Below are positions 31,224-40,223 of a stretch of DNA of 64,000 bases, in pieces. Below the pieces are notes generated by a model, which made no database searches, was not told where the DNA came from, and saw nothing but the letters and a program-made list of their open reading frames with translations. The DNA lies in the IMG/VR virus record IMGVR_UViG_3300021511_000003, positions 124,001 through 188,000 of that record. The stretch is one strand, 5' to 3'. The stretch's first letter is position 1. Every line of letters starts with the position of its first letter. A program made the translations under genes and the position numbers.

Positions 31224-31778
31224 ATGGCAAATTTTGATGAAGCATTTAATATAACGATGGGCAACGAAGGTATTTATTCAAATGATCCTAATGATGCTGG
31301 TGGTGAAACATATCGTGGTATTGCAAGACGTTATAATCCACAGTGGAAGGGATGGAAAATTATTGATGATACAAAACCAGATATTGATTTTTATAGAATG
31401 GATTCAATTGTCAGAAGATTTTATGAGACAAGATATTGGGATGTAAATCTTTTAGATGAGTTTCCACAATCAATCGCAAATGAAATGTTTGATACTGGAG
31501 TGAATATGGGCATTGGAAGGGCTGCAAAGTTTCTTCAAGAATCGTTAAATTATTTAAATCGTGATGAAACTTTGTTTACTGATCTTGTAGTTGATGGGGT
31601 TATTGGTTCAGCTACACTACATGCTCTTTCTAAAATGGATAAATCGGATAAAAAAATTATTTTGATAATGTTAAATGTATGCCAAGGTCGACATTATATG
31701 AATTATATGAAAAAATCTTCAACACAAGAGAAATATGCCCGAGGTTGGTTTAAAAGGGTGTTTCTTTTAAAAAATTAA
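31224..31778 (+). CDS. Glycoside hydrolase family 108 endolysin
   Basis: EGIYSNDPNDAGGET.RGI, FDTGVNMG, VDGVIG..T, RGW..R. Confidence 0.9.
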   Translation: MANFDEAFNITMGNEGIYSNDPNDAGGETYRGIARRYNPQWKGWKIIDDTKPDIDFYRMDSIVRRFYETRYWDVNLLDEFPQSIANEMFDTGVNMGIGRAAKFLQESLNYLNRDETLFTDLVVDGVIGSATLHALSKMDKSDKKIILIMLNVCQGRHYMNYMKKSSTQEKYARGWFKRVFLLKN

Positions 31779-31787
31779 GAGGGAAAA

Positions 31788-32165
31788 ATGACACAAGAAA
31801 AAAAATATACATATAATTTAAATCCTTTTTATAGATATAAAGGATTAGTTCTGAGAGTGATTGATGGTGACACTGTTGATGTTCTATTAGATTTGGGGTT
31901 TGGAATGTCAACTAAACAACGGTTGAGAATTGATGACTATGATGCTCCTGAATCATGGCGACCAAGAAATGAAGCTGAAAAAAAGCATGGTGAAGAAGCA
32001 AAAGCAAAAGCAAAAGAATTACTTGATGGTAAAACATTGATTTTTACAACATCAAAAGCTGTTGGTATATATGGCCGATATGGTGCGTCTATAACGCTTG
32101 AGGATGGTCGTAAGTTTAGAGATGTAATGATCAATGAAGGGCTGCAAAAGAGGGATGAATATTAA
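31788..32165 (+). CDS. Thermonuclease (SNase) family
   Basis: VIDGDTVD, RLR...DAPE, YGRY. Confidence 0.88.
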   Translation: MTQEKKYTYNLNPFYRYKGLVLRVIDGDTVDVLLDLGFGMSTKQRLRIDDYDAPESWRPRNEAEKKHGEEAKAKAKELLDGKTLIFTTSKAVGIYGRYGASITLEDGRKFRDVMINEGLQKRDEY

Positions 32166-32204
32166 ATAAGTGCCTTAAATATAAAAAATATATGAATATT
32201 TGGA

Positions 32205-32426
32205 GTGTATATGATAACAAAAAATAAAGCACAGTGTAAATTATGTAAAACTATAATTGAATCTAAACATCGTCATGATTTTGTTACGTGTAAATGTGGT
32301 GAAATTTTTGTAGATGGTGGATTTGATTACCTCAGATCTGGTGCAAAAGATTTTATTAATTTTATTGATTTATCTGAATCAGATGATAAAGAAAGATCTC
32401 ATATTGATGAATATAAGGAGTTATGA
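32205..32426 (+). CDS. Small Zn-finger phage protein
   Basis: NKAQCKLC..IIES.HRHDFVTCKCG...VDGG. Confidence 0.75.
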   Translation: MYMITKNKAQCKLCKTIIESKHRHDFVTCKCGEIFVDGGFDYLRSGAKDFINFIDLSESDDKERSHIDEYKEL

Positions 32427-32668
32427 TGCGAGAAACATTGAGTTTATTAAAACTCTACCACTGGAAAAAATCGTTTTGGACAGGTCATTACTTATGGTTA
32501 ATACGCCAATGGGGATGGAAGTATATCTTTATTGATACATGGGTGGAGATTATAAGTCTTGTAAAACGTAAAACTGGTGGAAGGTTGGCTATAAATCCCC
32601 AAGGCAATAAAAGAGATGTGTATTTATGGCCTTGGGAACAAATGCCAAGCGGGTATCGATGGTTTTAA
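32423..32668 (+). CDS. Hypothetical protein
   Basis: AAGGAG RBS, Trp-rich 81 aa. Confidence 0.6.
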   Translation: MMRETLSLLKLYHWKKSFWTGHYLWLIRQWGWKYIFIDTWVEIISLVKRKTGGRLAINPQGNKRDVYLWPWEQMPSGYRWF

Positions 32669-32688
32669 TCAATAACATATAATAGTAG

Positions 32689-32761
32689 TTCCCTCAGTGG
32701 GACTTGAACCCACAACCTTCTGATTAAAAGTCAGATGCTCTACCAATTGAGCTATGAGAGA
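32689..32761 (-). tRNA. tRNA-Lys(UUU), CCA not encoded
   Basis: Cloverleaf; anticodon arm TCTGA CTTTTAA TCAGA; 3' end followed by CTA. Confidence 0.92.
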
Positions 32762-32770
32762 ATGAGTCTT

Positions 32771-33181
32771 TTACAATAATTTCAAATGACTGGTAATTTT
32801 ATCAATATTTGAAATTTCATCTGGACCAATTGCCAATGCTGTATATGTTGCTACTCCGTGAAATTCAGTTAAACCAGAATCATGAATCAATGCATTGATT
32901 ATTTTATAATCATCAGCAGATTTTTTTAAAGATAACAATTCTTCTTCTGAATCACAACTAACAACAATTTTTGTAAATAAACCAGTTAACCACTGATATA
33001 AAGGTTTATCATGGTGCATTGTCACCCCTATTGTTGTATATTCCTCGTAAAATTCTGAATGATGCATTAAATCTAAAATAGCTTTCATAGAAGCGTGAGC
33101 TCCCTGAGCAATCATTTTACCCTTCCTCATATTTAAATCTTTTCTGATTACAATTACTTGTTTAGTTTTCATTATAATCAT
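32771..33181 (-). CDS. pth2: Peptidyl-tRNA hydrolase Pth2
   Basis: KQVIVIRKDLNMRKGKMIAQGAHAS, KIVV, DSGLTEF, TALAIGP, IT.HLKLL. Confidence 0.92.
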   Translation of the reverse strand: MIIMKTKQVIVIRKDLNMRKGKMIAQGAHASMKAILDLMHHSEFYEEYTTIGVTMHHDKPLYQWLTGLFTKIVVSCDSEEELLSLKKSADDYKIINALIHDSGLTEFHGVATYTALAIGPDEISNIDKITSHLKLL

Positions 33182-33196
33182 ATATTTCCTTTCTTG

Positions 33197-33273
33197 TGGA
33201 GTCGGTGGAGGGATTTGAACCCCCGATAACGGTGTTGCAGACCGTCGCCTTAGACCAACTTAGCTACACCGAC
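33197..33273 (-). tRNA. tRNA-Cys(GCA)
   Basis: ACGGT CTGCAAC ACCGT; U73-CCA. Confidence 0.92.
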
Positions 33274-33283
33274 TTAAATATAA

Positions 33284-33362
33284 ATAATAGGACTACACTA
33301 ATTTTCGTCAAAATTATACCACCATTGTCCTTTTGGACTTTCCATATACCTCGTCCTATTAT
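33284..33362 (-). ncRNA. Candidate 79-nt structured RNA A
   Basis: Perfect 10-bp closing stem ATAATAGGAC/GTCCTATTAT, internal hairpins GTCC-AAAA-GGAC and TAATTTT-GACG-AAAATTA; strand inferred from context. Confidence 0.5.
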
Positions 33363-33371
33363 GAAGGATAA

Positions 33372-33447
33372 TGTACCGGAAGTACTCTTTCGAGTGGCAC
33401 TTAATCCATTCAAAGGAGTGTCCTCGGATTTCAAGCATTCCGGTACA
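33372..33447 (-). ncRNA. Candidate 76-nt four-way-junction RNA B
   Basis: Perfect 10-bp closing stem TGTACCGGAA/TTCCGGTACA enclosing three hairpins incl. ACTC-GAAA-GAGT (GNRA on minus strand). Confidence 0.55.
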
Positions 33448-33452
33448 AGCTA

Positions 33453-33623
33453 TTAACGAGAAGCTTTTTTAGCAGCTTTTTTGGCAGCTTTTTTAGCTTC
33501 TTTTTTGGCACGACGTTCTTTATTTATTTCCCAACGACGTTCAATATTATAACGGGACTTGGCAGGACGACGTCCAGAACGTCCATGTTTGCGACTTTTT
33601 TTACCAGTTTTAGTATTAGACAA
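33453..33623 (-). CDS. 56-aa very basic protein with AAKK repeats (not in ORF track)
   Basis: AAAGGAGGTGA RBS, TTG start; MSNTKTGKKSRKHGRSGRRPAKSRYNIERRWEINKERRAKKEAKKAAKKAAKKASR. Confidence 0.8.
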   Translation of the reverse strand: MSNTKTGKKSRKHGRSGRRPAKSRYNIERRWEINKERRAKKEAKKAAKKAAKKASR

Positions 33624-33687
33624 GATGTTTCACCTCCTTTAAAATGAATTTACATCTTGATAATACCTCCTGCACTTAATAATTTAA

Positions 33688-34449
33688 TCATATTTTTTCT
33701 CCTTCAATTTCTTTTATATCATCTTTTACTTTTGTATAATCGACTCGTTTTTGATAAGTGCCTTGCAATTCTTTTGCTAAAGCATCTTTGATTTTTTGGA
33801 GGTCACCGAGTCTCATTACAACATCATCTAACTGCCCATCGCTCATTAAATCATTAATTGTATCTTCAATAATAATCAAAGGGTCAAACTCTGACTGACG
33901 ATTTTGAGCCTCTGATCTTGATCTTGCTTCTAGATGATCACATATCATTAAAATTGCTGATTCTATGCATGTTGGAATTGTACCTTTATAACGATAATGA
34001 TCCTCAACGTCGCTTCCTGATTTTTTAAAGAAGTATTTCATTACTGAAGTACCATGATGTTGAGTTGCAATTTTAATCAATTCAATGGGAAAAACACCTT
34101 CGTGTAATAATATAAAAGCTGTGTCCGAAATGTGTCTACTTATAATTTGAAAACTTATTTTTGGATCAAGGTTATCGTGTGCATTTTCACTATCTAATTG
34201 ATTTTCTGTAAAATAGTTGGGATTTATGATTTTACCAACATCATGATACAATGCCGCAACTTTCATAAATGTTATATCAAGACCTAAGTCAATTGAAATT
34301 GCTTCAACCATCGATGCCAAGTTTTGTGAATGTTTATAACTACCAGGGCACATTTCTCTAAATTTGTTTAATAAAGGATAAGAAGTTTCAAGTAGGTCTT
34401 TTAGAACATCTTTTTCTTTTTCATCATGTTGACTAATTTCATCGACCAT
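33688..34449 (-). CDS. Stand-alone HD/HDIG phosphohydrolase (PgpH-like HD domain)
   Basis: PGSYKHS, YHDVGK, YF.ENQ, QHHGT, YRY.G..P, MICD..EA. Confidence 0.85.
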   Translation of the reverse strand: MVDEISQHDEKEKDVLKDLLETSYPLLNKFREMCPGSYKHSQNLASMVEAISIDLGLDITFMKVAALYHDVGKIINPNYFTENQLDSENAHDNLDPKISFQIISRHISDTAFILLHEGVFPIELIKIATQHHGTSVMKYFFKKSGSDVEDHYRYKGTIPTCIESAILMICDHLEARSRSEAQNRQSEFDPLIIIEDTINDLMSDGQLDDVVMRLGDLQKIKDALAKELQGTYQKRVDYTKVKDDIKEIEGEKI

Positions 34450-34473
34450 TATATCTCCTAACTTTGATTAAAA

Positions 34474-34551
34474 TGGTACCCCCGGCAGGATTCGAACCTG
34501 CGACTTCCTAGTTCGTAGCCAGGCGCTCTATATCCACTGAGCTACGGGGGC
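34474..34551 (-). tRNA. tRNA-Arg(ACG)
   Basis: CCTGG CTACGAA CTAGG; CCA encoded. Confidence 0.92.
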
Positions 34552-34558
34552 TTATTTA

Positions 34559-35251
34559 TTAATAAGGATAATCAATAATTGTAATTTTATCCGAATAGTA
34601 CCACTCAAACATATTTCTTCTAAGTTTAGCCATATAGATTTTATTTTCAGCTTTTCTTCTCAGATTATAAAATACTATACCTTCTGCCATAATATCTTTA
34701 TTTCCTTGTTTTGTAGCAAACCGAGAAATAAGCCAATCTTTAAACCATAGACTCCAATTATCAAACGTTCTATCATGTTCATGAAATGATCTATATGATA
34801 GATGTTTAACTGCTTTTTCAAAAGGATACCAAATATGTGTTTTCAATTTATAAGGATTCCCCTGTAGTTTTGGTCCTATTAATTCGCCAGCTTGAACCCC
34901 ATCTTGTTTTACATACCCTTTTGAAATTGCTTGAAAAACACCTTCGATGATAAATGTTTTTCCTTTTATAATTTGTAATGGGTCAATTACATTTTTTCTA
35001 TTTTGAAGAGCAGTTAATCTACCATTTTCTGTCATGAGTTTTATATTGCTACCATCTAATTTTTCTACTGCAAAAGTATCTTTATCCTCAAATACCCACT
35101 CATATCCAGGAGTGATTTCAGTAGTTACTAAATATGCAGATGGTCTTCGTAATTGTAATTTTCTTCCATATTTTTTCCATTCAGTTATGTTCACGTCAAA
35201 GTCCTTTCTAATAAAAGGACATTGTAGTTTTGGAAAGTTTGTTAGTACCAT
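34559..35251 (-). CDS. ATP-dependent RNA ligase family protein
   Basis: Nucleotidyltransferase motifs EKLDGSN, GELIG, EGIV, AKLR. Confidence 0.8.
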   Translation of the reverse strand: MVLTNFPKLQCPFIRKDFDVNITEWKKYGRKLQLRRPSAYLVTTEITPGYEWVFEDKDTFAVEKLDGSNIKLMTENGRLTALQNRKNVIDPLQIIKGKTFIIEGVFQAISKGYVKQDGVQAGELIGPKLQGNPYKLKTHIWYPFEKAVKHLSYRSFHEHDRTFDNWSLWFKDWLISRFATKQGNKDIMAEGIVFYNLRRKAENKIYMAKLRRNMFEWYYSDKITIIDYPY

Positions 35252-35277
35252 TTTTACACCTATATGTATTATTGTGT

Positions 35278-36189
35278 TTATTCAGTTATTGTTCTTAATT
35301 TATTAATATACATTTCCATTTCATCAAGAACTGAATTGATTGAGATATTCGTTGTAATTGCATTTTTTAAAGAACCATAATGATGCTCGAGACATTGAAG
35401 AAGTAAAGATTTGATTTTATCTTCATCTGGAGAATGTTGTAATGAACTAAATGTATATAATGACTCAAGTTCTTTTTCTTTTATTTTAAAGTATTCAACT
35501 AATTGGTCTTGACTCCATTCACCACTTCTAATTGATTTTAACTGTTCTCTATTTCTTTCAAGATCAAGATTATGTTCAGTTAGTATTTGTTCTATTTCAT
35601 TTAATAAACGAACTACATGATATGCAAATTTTAAATCATATCCATATTTCTGAATCATATCATATCGTGAACTTCCAGGTTCAGGATTTTTAATTTTCAT
35701 TTTATGAAGTTGGCTATAAGCATACCCTTTAAATCTATACCATGCTCCTTTATGAAGAAACAATTTTCGGTTTTCTCTGACTAATTCACCTACAGCAGTA
35801 GAATGTAAAATACACCGTATAGGAACGAAAAGAGAGTCAATCATATTGGGATTATTTTGCATACACAATTGAAAATATTTAACAATTGAATATATAGTAA
35901 AATCATATTCTTTTTTAGCACTTATATCATTTACATGGTGTTGTTGCCATTGTTCAAATCTTTTATGTTGTTTTCCAAACCCTTGAATTATTCCATTTAA
36001 ATTAGGAAATACAACATGTTTTGGTGGAATACAAAATCCATAAATATCCATATCTGATGTATCAGATGAAACACCATAAGCAACAGACCCCATAATTACT
36101 TCATATTGTACATTGTTTTTTAGAAATCCAGGTGGTCGAATTAATTGCCTGGATGTTAGTCTATCAATAATTGATCCCATATATATCAC
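35278..36189 (-). CDS. Pol-beta superfamily nucleotidyltransferase (YcgL/RlaP-like)
   Basis: GSVAYG....SDMD, NPN..D.LF, GYA.SQ, K.AYH..RL, L..IR.G. Confidence 0.82.
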   Translation of the reverse strand: MIYMGSIIDRLTSRQLIRPPGFLKNNVQYEVIMGSVAYGVSSDTSDMDIYGFCIPPKHVVFPNLNGIIQGFGKQHKRFEQWQQHHVNDISAKKEYDFTIYSIVKYFQLCMQNNPNMIDSLFVPIRCILHSTAVGELVRENRKLFLHKGAWYRFKGYAYSQLHKMKIKNPEPGSSRYDMIQKYGYDLKFAYHVVRLLNEIEQILTEHNLDLERNREQLKSIRSGEWSQDQLVEYFKIKEKELESLYTFSSLQHSPDEDKIKSLLLQCLEHHYGSLKNAITTNISINSVLDEMEMYINKLRTITE

Positions 36190-36213
36190 CTTTTATATCA
36201 TGACCTATATAAA

Positions 36214-37560
36214 TTAAATTTTTATTCTCTTTATAATTTTAATAAGGTCTTTTTTATTATTCACTATTGGATTTTCAATCACTGCATCAAGTAATATCTT
36301 GAGAATTTTACCAACGTTTGGTCCTGGTGGAATATTTATACATTCCATTACATCTTTACCATTAATTGCTAAATCTGTAACATTAAATTCTCCAGATAAG
36401 GTTATGTGCCTAGCTTCATAAATCATCATAACCATTTTTTTCAATTCTGTTTTTGAATAATCAGAAACTCCCAAATTTCCTTTTTTATCAGCTACTTTTA
36501 ATTTAAACCAATCTTTCCAATTGACCTTATGTTCAGAAAAGAGTCGTAGCATTCTTCTTACCCCTTTTCTTTTTATATCTTTTGATAAACTTCTCATATG
36601 AAATCTTGTTAGATCACTTACTCGTTTAATTTCATCTTTACTAAATACATATTTGTTCATCCACTCTTTAACAAGTCTTTGACCAATATCTTCATGATCA
36701 ACAAAATTTTCTTCGTTTGATTCTATCCATGCATCAGGTTTGCCAATATCATGAATATATCCTGTTAATCTTAATATAGGATCTTTTGGTGAAATATTAT
36801 CACCAACTAATTTAAAATGTGTACATAAAGTTTCATTGTGATATTTACCACCAGGAAACCCATATAGTCTATCAAGTTCAGGAAATATATTTTTTAATAA
36901 GCCTGTTTCATGTAATACATCGAAAAATATACTTGGTTTTTTGTATGGCATTGCTTTCATAAATTCAAGTCTTATTCTTTCCGGTGAAACTTTTAATATA
37001 AGATCGCAATTTTTTTTAATTGCTAAAAAGGTAGATTGATCTAAGGTTCCTTCAATCAGGCAAGTAAATCTTGCGGCACGGATCATTCTTAAATAGTCTT
37101 CATAAATTCGTTGTTCAGCATTTCCTACAAACCTTATAATTTTATTTTCAAGATCTTTTCTACCGTTGAATTTATCTATCACTTCACCAGTATAAGGACA
37201 TACTGCCATGGCGTTAAATGTAAAATCTCTACGCATTAAATCATCATCTAAAGTTTCGCACGCAGTAGTAATACAATTATGACGCCCAGGTTTCATATTT
37301 TTATCAGATCTATATGTTGAAACCTCAATACTATCTATTAATGTTACAAGAAAGCTTGCTCCTACAAGATCTACTTTACGATCAGGAAAGATATGTGCAA
37401 GATCATCGGGGGTTGCATCTGTAACAATATCATAATCATGAGGATCAAAATCTGCAAATATATCTCGTACTGCTCCTCCAACTAAATACGCACTCCAACC
37501 ACATTCACATATTCTTTGAATTAACTTATCACTTAATTCTTCTTCAGTATTGCTTTTCAT
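36214..37560 (-). CDS. cca: CCA tRNA nucleotidyltransferase with HD domain
   Basis: LVGGAVRD, DYDIVT, DDLMRRDFTFNAMA, EDYLRMIRAARF, ERI..E, HDIGK. Confidence 0.92.
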   Translation of the reverse strand: MKSNTEEELSDKLIQRICECGWSAYLVGGAVRDIFADFDPHDYDIVTDATPDDLAHIFPDRKVDLVGASFLVTLIDSIEVSTYRSDKNMKPGRHNCITTACETLDDDLMRRDFTFNAMAVCPYTGEVIDKFNGRKDLENKIIRFVGNAEQRIYEDYLRMIRAARFTCLIEGTLDQSTFLAIKKNCDLILKVSPERIRLEFMKAMPYKKPSIFFDVLHETGLLKNIFPELDRLYGFPGGKYHNETLCTHFKLVGDNISPKDPILRLTGYIHDIGKPDAWIESNEENFVDHEDIGQRLVKEWMNKYVFSKDEIKRVSDLTRFHMRSLSKDIKRKGVRRMLRLFSEHKVNWKDWFKLKVADKKGNLGVSDYSKTELKKMVMMIYEARHITLSGEFNVTDLAINGKDVMECINIPPGPNVGKILKILLDAVIENPIVNNKKDLIKIIKRIKI

Positions 37561-37578
37561 AACATACCTTTTTATTTA

Positions 37579-37655
37579 TGGGGTGACCAACGGGATTTGA
37601 ACCCGTATAACAAGGGCCACAACCTTGCCTCTGAAACCATTCGAGTATAGCCACC
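37579..37655 (-). tRNA. tRNA-His(GUG)
   Basis: CAAGG TTGTGGC CCTTG; G-1 and C73. Confidence 0.9.
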
Positions 37656-37659
37656 ATAA

Positions 37660-38061
37660 TTAGTTTAACTTATTTTCAAATGGAACAAACCAACTTTTCC
37701 ATGATTTTTCTGTTACAATTTCTTTTAATTTTGTTGTTGTTAAATTCATAGGAATGTCTTGTAATTTTTTATACGTCCCCAATTTTTTTGTGGCTTCTAA
37801 AATGGGAATGTTTTCATTACATAACAAACACCTATATGTATCAGCGGTATTTATAATATTTTTAATTGAATTTGCAATATCTGGATATATGTATTCTAAC
37901 ATAGTTGCTCTAGTGAAAAGTTCTCCTGTTTGAACATGTATATTAATAAATTCTTTCATTAATAACCATATATTTTTATTTTCTCGTATTTTATATTCTT
38001 TTTTTATATATCTATCATTAGTTTTGACAGATATATATTTTCTATTCTTTCTTTCCAACAT
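37660..38061 (-). CDS. Hypothetical protein
   Basis: GAGGTG RBS, 133 aa. Confidence 0.7.
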   Translation of the reverse strand: MLERKNRKYISVKTNDRYIKKEYKIRENKNIWLLMKEFINIHVQTGELFTRATMLEYIYPDIANSIKNIINTADTYRCLLCNENIPILEATKKLGTYKKLQDIPMNLTTTKLKEIVTEKSWKSWFVPFENKLN

Positions 38062-38074
38062 CTGTCACCTCAGT

Positions 38075-38305
38075 GTTTATTTTTCAATACATTGTAGGGC
38101 ACATATATAACAGTAATATTCTCGGTTCGGCATTTTGTAAGTACTTTCGTTAAAAATTGAAGGCTTTCCACCTTATCGCCAGGTTTGCTCATTGAGTAGT
38201 TAGCACTTTATTAAGACGATTGGTCACGTCACCATTTCTGGCTTTGGTTGCCACTGGACTATTGCCAACGAAGATTGACCATATAGGGATATATCTTGAA
38301 GGCTC
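38075..38305 (-). ncRNA. Candidate ~230-nt structured non-coding RNA
   Basis: ORF-free, GC above background, stems GGTCA/TGACC, TGGC/GCCA, AAGTGCT/AGTACTT, AAGGT-GGAAA-GCCTT and possible pseudoknots. Confidence 0.45.
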
Positions 38306-38314
38306 ATTATTTTT

Positions 38315-38391
38315 TGGTGGAACTCCTCTGTATCGAACAGAGTTCTTTCGGGGATTCAACCGGACGATATGACCTCATTAGCTAGAATCGC
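38315..38391 (-). tRNA. tRNA-Phe(GAA), damaged 5' acceptor strand (possible pseudo-tRNA)
   Basis: T arm CTCTG TTCGATA CAGAG and ACCA intact; loop TTGAATC; acceptor GCGATTC/GAGTTCC with mismatch. Confidence 0.6.
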
Positions 38392-38647
38392 CTCCTTTTC
38401 CACCTTCATGTAAATTATAATAATTATTAGAAGATACACAGTTATATTTTTTATATAAAAAATCTCGAGTTTATTGAGTTCATCTTTACTTTTTGCTTTC
38501 TTGATAATTTTTATTTTAAACTTGGATTTCCATATTTTTTAATACAACACCACTACCAAGATTCAATGGTTTGAATTTTCCTTTGCTTTGCCCTATATAT
38601 TTTTTACCATTGATAAGGTTTGTTGTCTCGTATATATAACCGTACAT
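38384..38647 (-). pseudogene. GIY-YIG (Seg-like) homing endonuclease remnant
   Basis: MYGYIYETTNLINGKKYIGQ..LGSG, then frameshifted KKYG..DELNKLE..YYNLHEGGKGGD running into tRNA-Phe. Confidence 0.85.
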
Positions 38648-38913
38648 TATTTCCCCTTAACATTAGCCCAAGCGGTTACTCCCATATACGCACCAATTAT
38701 AGAGGTCATAGCAAAATAAAACCATGTAATTGTTTCAGATAATATATTAAGTTTTTCATTTGAAATTGGAGCGAATAAAAGAATTAATGTAAACGTTAAC
38801 ATAGATAACAGTGCAATCCAACCCATTTTTCTTCTACCTCTCCATTTATTCCGTTCTAATTCATATTCTTTTTCTTTTAAATCCAAATTATCTAAAGATA
38901 TAGGGTCTACCAT
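38647..38913 (-). CDS. Two-TM membrane protein (holin-like)
   Basis: RRKMGWIAL-TM1, TM2 ..IIGAYMG, basic C-terminus. Confidence 0.65.
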   Translation of the reverse strand: MVDPISLDNLDLKEKEYELERNKWRGRRKMGWIALLSMLTFTLILLFAPISNEKLNILSETITWFYFAMTSIIGAYMGVTAWANVKGK

Positions 38914-38938
38914 AGTATTACCTCTTATTATATTTAAC

Positions 38939-39013
38939 TGGAGCGGACAATGAGATTCGAACTCATAATCACCTGCTTGGCAAGCAGGTACTCTACCTTT
39001 GAGCTATGCCCGC
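38939..39013 (-). tRNA. tRNA-Gly(GCC)
   Basis: CCTGC TTGCCAA GCAGG; GCGGGCA acceptor, U73. Confidence 0.92.
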
Positions 39014-39145
39014 TGTGTTACTCATTGAAATTGTTAAATCATGATATTTTTGTGTTCTTACTTTTTTATGTTCAGCATTTATTGGATGAAGGGAACCAAA
39101 CACATGACCGAAACCATCCTGGTGTTGATGCATAATAATTTCAAT

Positions 39146-39188
39146 CTTTTTCATTTTTGACTTTTTCATTTTTGACTTTTTCATTTTT
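39146..39188. repeat. 15-bp tandem repeat (~2.9 copies)
   Basis: CTTTTTCATTTTTGA x2 + partial; encodes MKKSK repeats at the start of small minus ORF 38993-39184. Confidence 0.7.
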
Positions 39189-39245
39189 ATTCCTTTCTTG
39201 AATGTATAAAAACTTATCTACTTTATCAAAATTATTTAAACCTTT

Positions 39246-39611
39246 TTAGATTCCATTTTTAATACAGTTTTTTATGTCACCAATTTTAAATACAAATGTG
39301 ATCATTGATGGTCCACGCCCAAAATCTATTTCAACCCCTCCTATATGCCCGCCAACAAAAGTCATTCCTTTATTTATTTTCATACTATCAAGCTGCTTTA
39401 CCATGGCTGGTGGTATTGGAGGACCAACTGTGATAGTAATATCTTCAGGAACTATAACTGGTTTGAAATGTCGTACTGGTATAAATTGCATTACTTTAGA
39501 ATCTTTTTTTAAGATACAAGTTTGACCTTCTTCAAATGCATAAACAGAAGGTAATATACATATTGATATAATTAAAATTGATAATATTACTTTAACAATA
39601 TTTTTTAACAT
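39246..39611 (-). CDS. Secreted hypothetical protein
   Basis: Signal peptide ending SVYA. Confidence 0.7.
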   Translation of the reverse strand: MLKNIVKVILSILIISICILPSVYAFEEGQTCILKKDSKVMQFIPVRHFKPVIVPEDITITVGPPIPPAMVKQLDSMKINKGMTFVGGHIGGVEIDFGRGPSMITFVFKIGDIKNCIKNGI

Positions 39612-39620
39612 AATTTAACC

Positions 39621-40115
39621 TCAATCCCACCAACTTTCTATATGTTTACTCATTAATTTAAATAAGTATTTAAGATCATTACGTTTTGAGTATTGTTCAT
39701 GTTTATAAGATGCATGAAAATCTTTTTTTTCCTGAATTTTGTCTTTTTCGGTTTTAACATTCGGACGAGTTAGGTGAAGCTGATGCAAGTCAGAATTATT
39801 TTTACACACTGTGTATGACATTTTAAGTTCACCCCATTTTTTGTCTATATCTTTATATGCCATTATATGATATTCATCTTTGATTAATCGGTCCAGAAGA
39901 TTAATACATACCTTTATTTTATTAGCATCATGTTCTGCATTTAAACTTATTCCTTTATATCGAATAAATTGTTCAGTGAGATGAAGTTTGTGTCGAAGAA
40001 TTATATAAATATAATGATTGTCCCAATTTCTATCTTTCCATATAACAGGAAACCATTTTATTAAATTTTTAATACCATTTTTAAAATTGTATAATAATTC
40101 TTTAATTTTCTCCAA
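39621..40115 (-). CDS. Conserved phage hypothetical protein
   Basis: NLIKWFPVIWKDRNWD ... C-terminal WWD; AAGGAG RBS. Confidence 0.75.
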   Translation of the reverse strand: MEKIKELLYNFKNGIKNLIKWFPVIWKDRNWDNHYIYIILRHKLHLTEQFIRYKGISLNAEHDANKIKVCINLLDRLIKDEYHIMAYKDIDKKWGELKMSYTVCKNNSDLHQLHLTRPNVKTEKDKIQEKKDFHASYKHEQYSKRNDLKYLFKLMSKHIESWWD

Positions 40116-40137
40116 TTTATCTCCTTTTTAAGAGTTT

Positions 40138-40223
40138 TGGAGCGGGCGGCGGGATTCGAACCCGCGATGCATAAATGCGTCAACGTGGAAGGCTGATGGA
40201 GTACCGGACTCTCCAACGCCCGC
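40138..40223 (-). tRNA. tRNA-Gly(UCC) with long variable arm
   Basis: TCAGC CTTCCAC GTTGA; 14-nt variable region CGCATTTATGCATC; GCGGGCG/CGCCCGC-U-CCA. Confidence 0.85.

Noticed and set aside
1680-32134. Short minus-strand ORFs inside the plus-strand operons (e.g. 1680, 6065, 13525, 18869, 25982)
   Set aside because: Fully overlapped by well-supported genes; the F/I/L-rich composition is typical of AT-rich antisense frames.
38075-38305. RNase P RNA, hammerhead or group I intron
   Set aside because: No GAGGAAAGUCC or matching 3' P4 strand, no CUGAUGA core, and no interrupted host gene.
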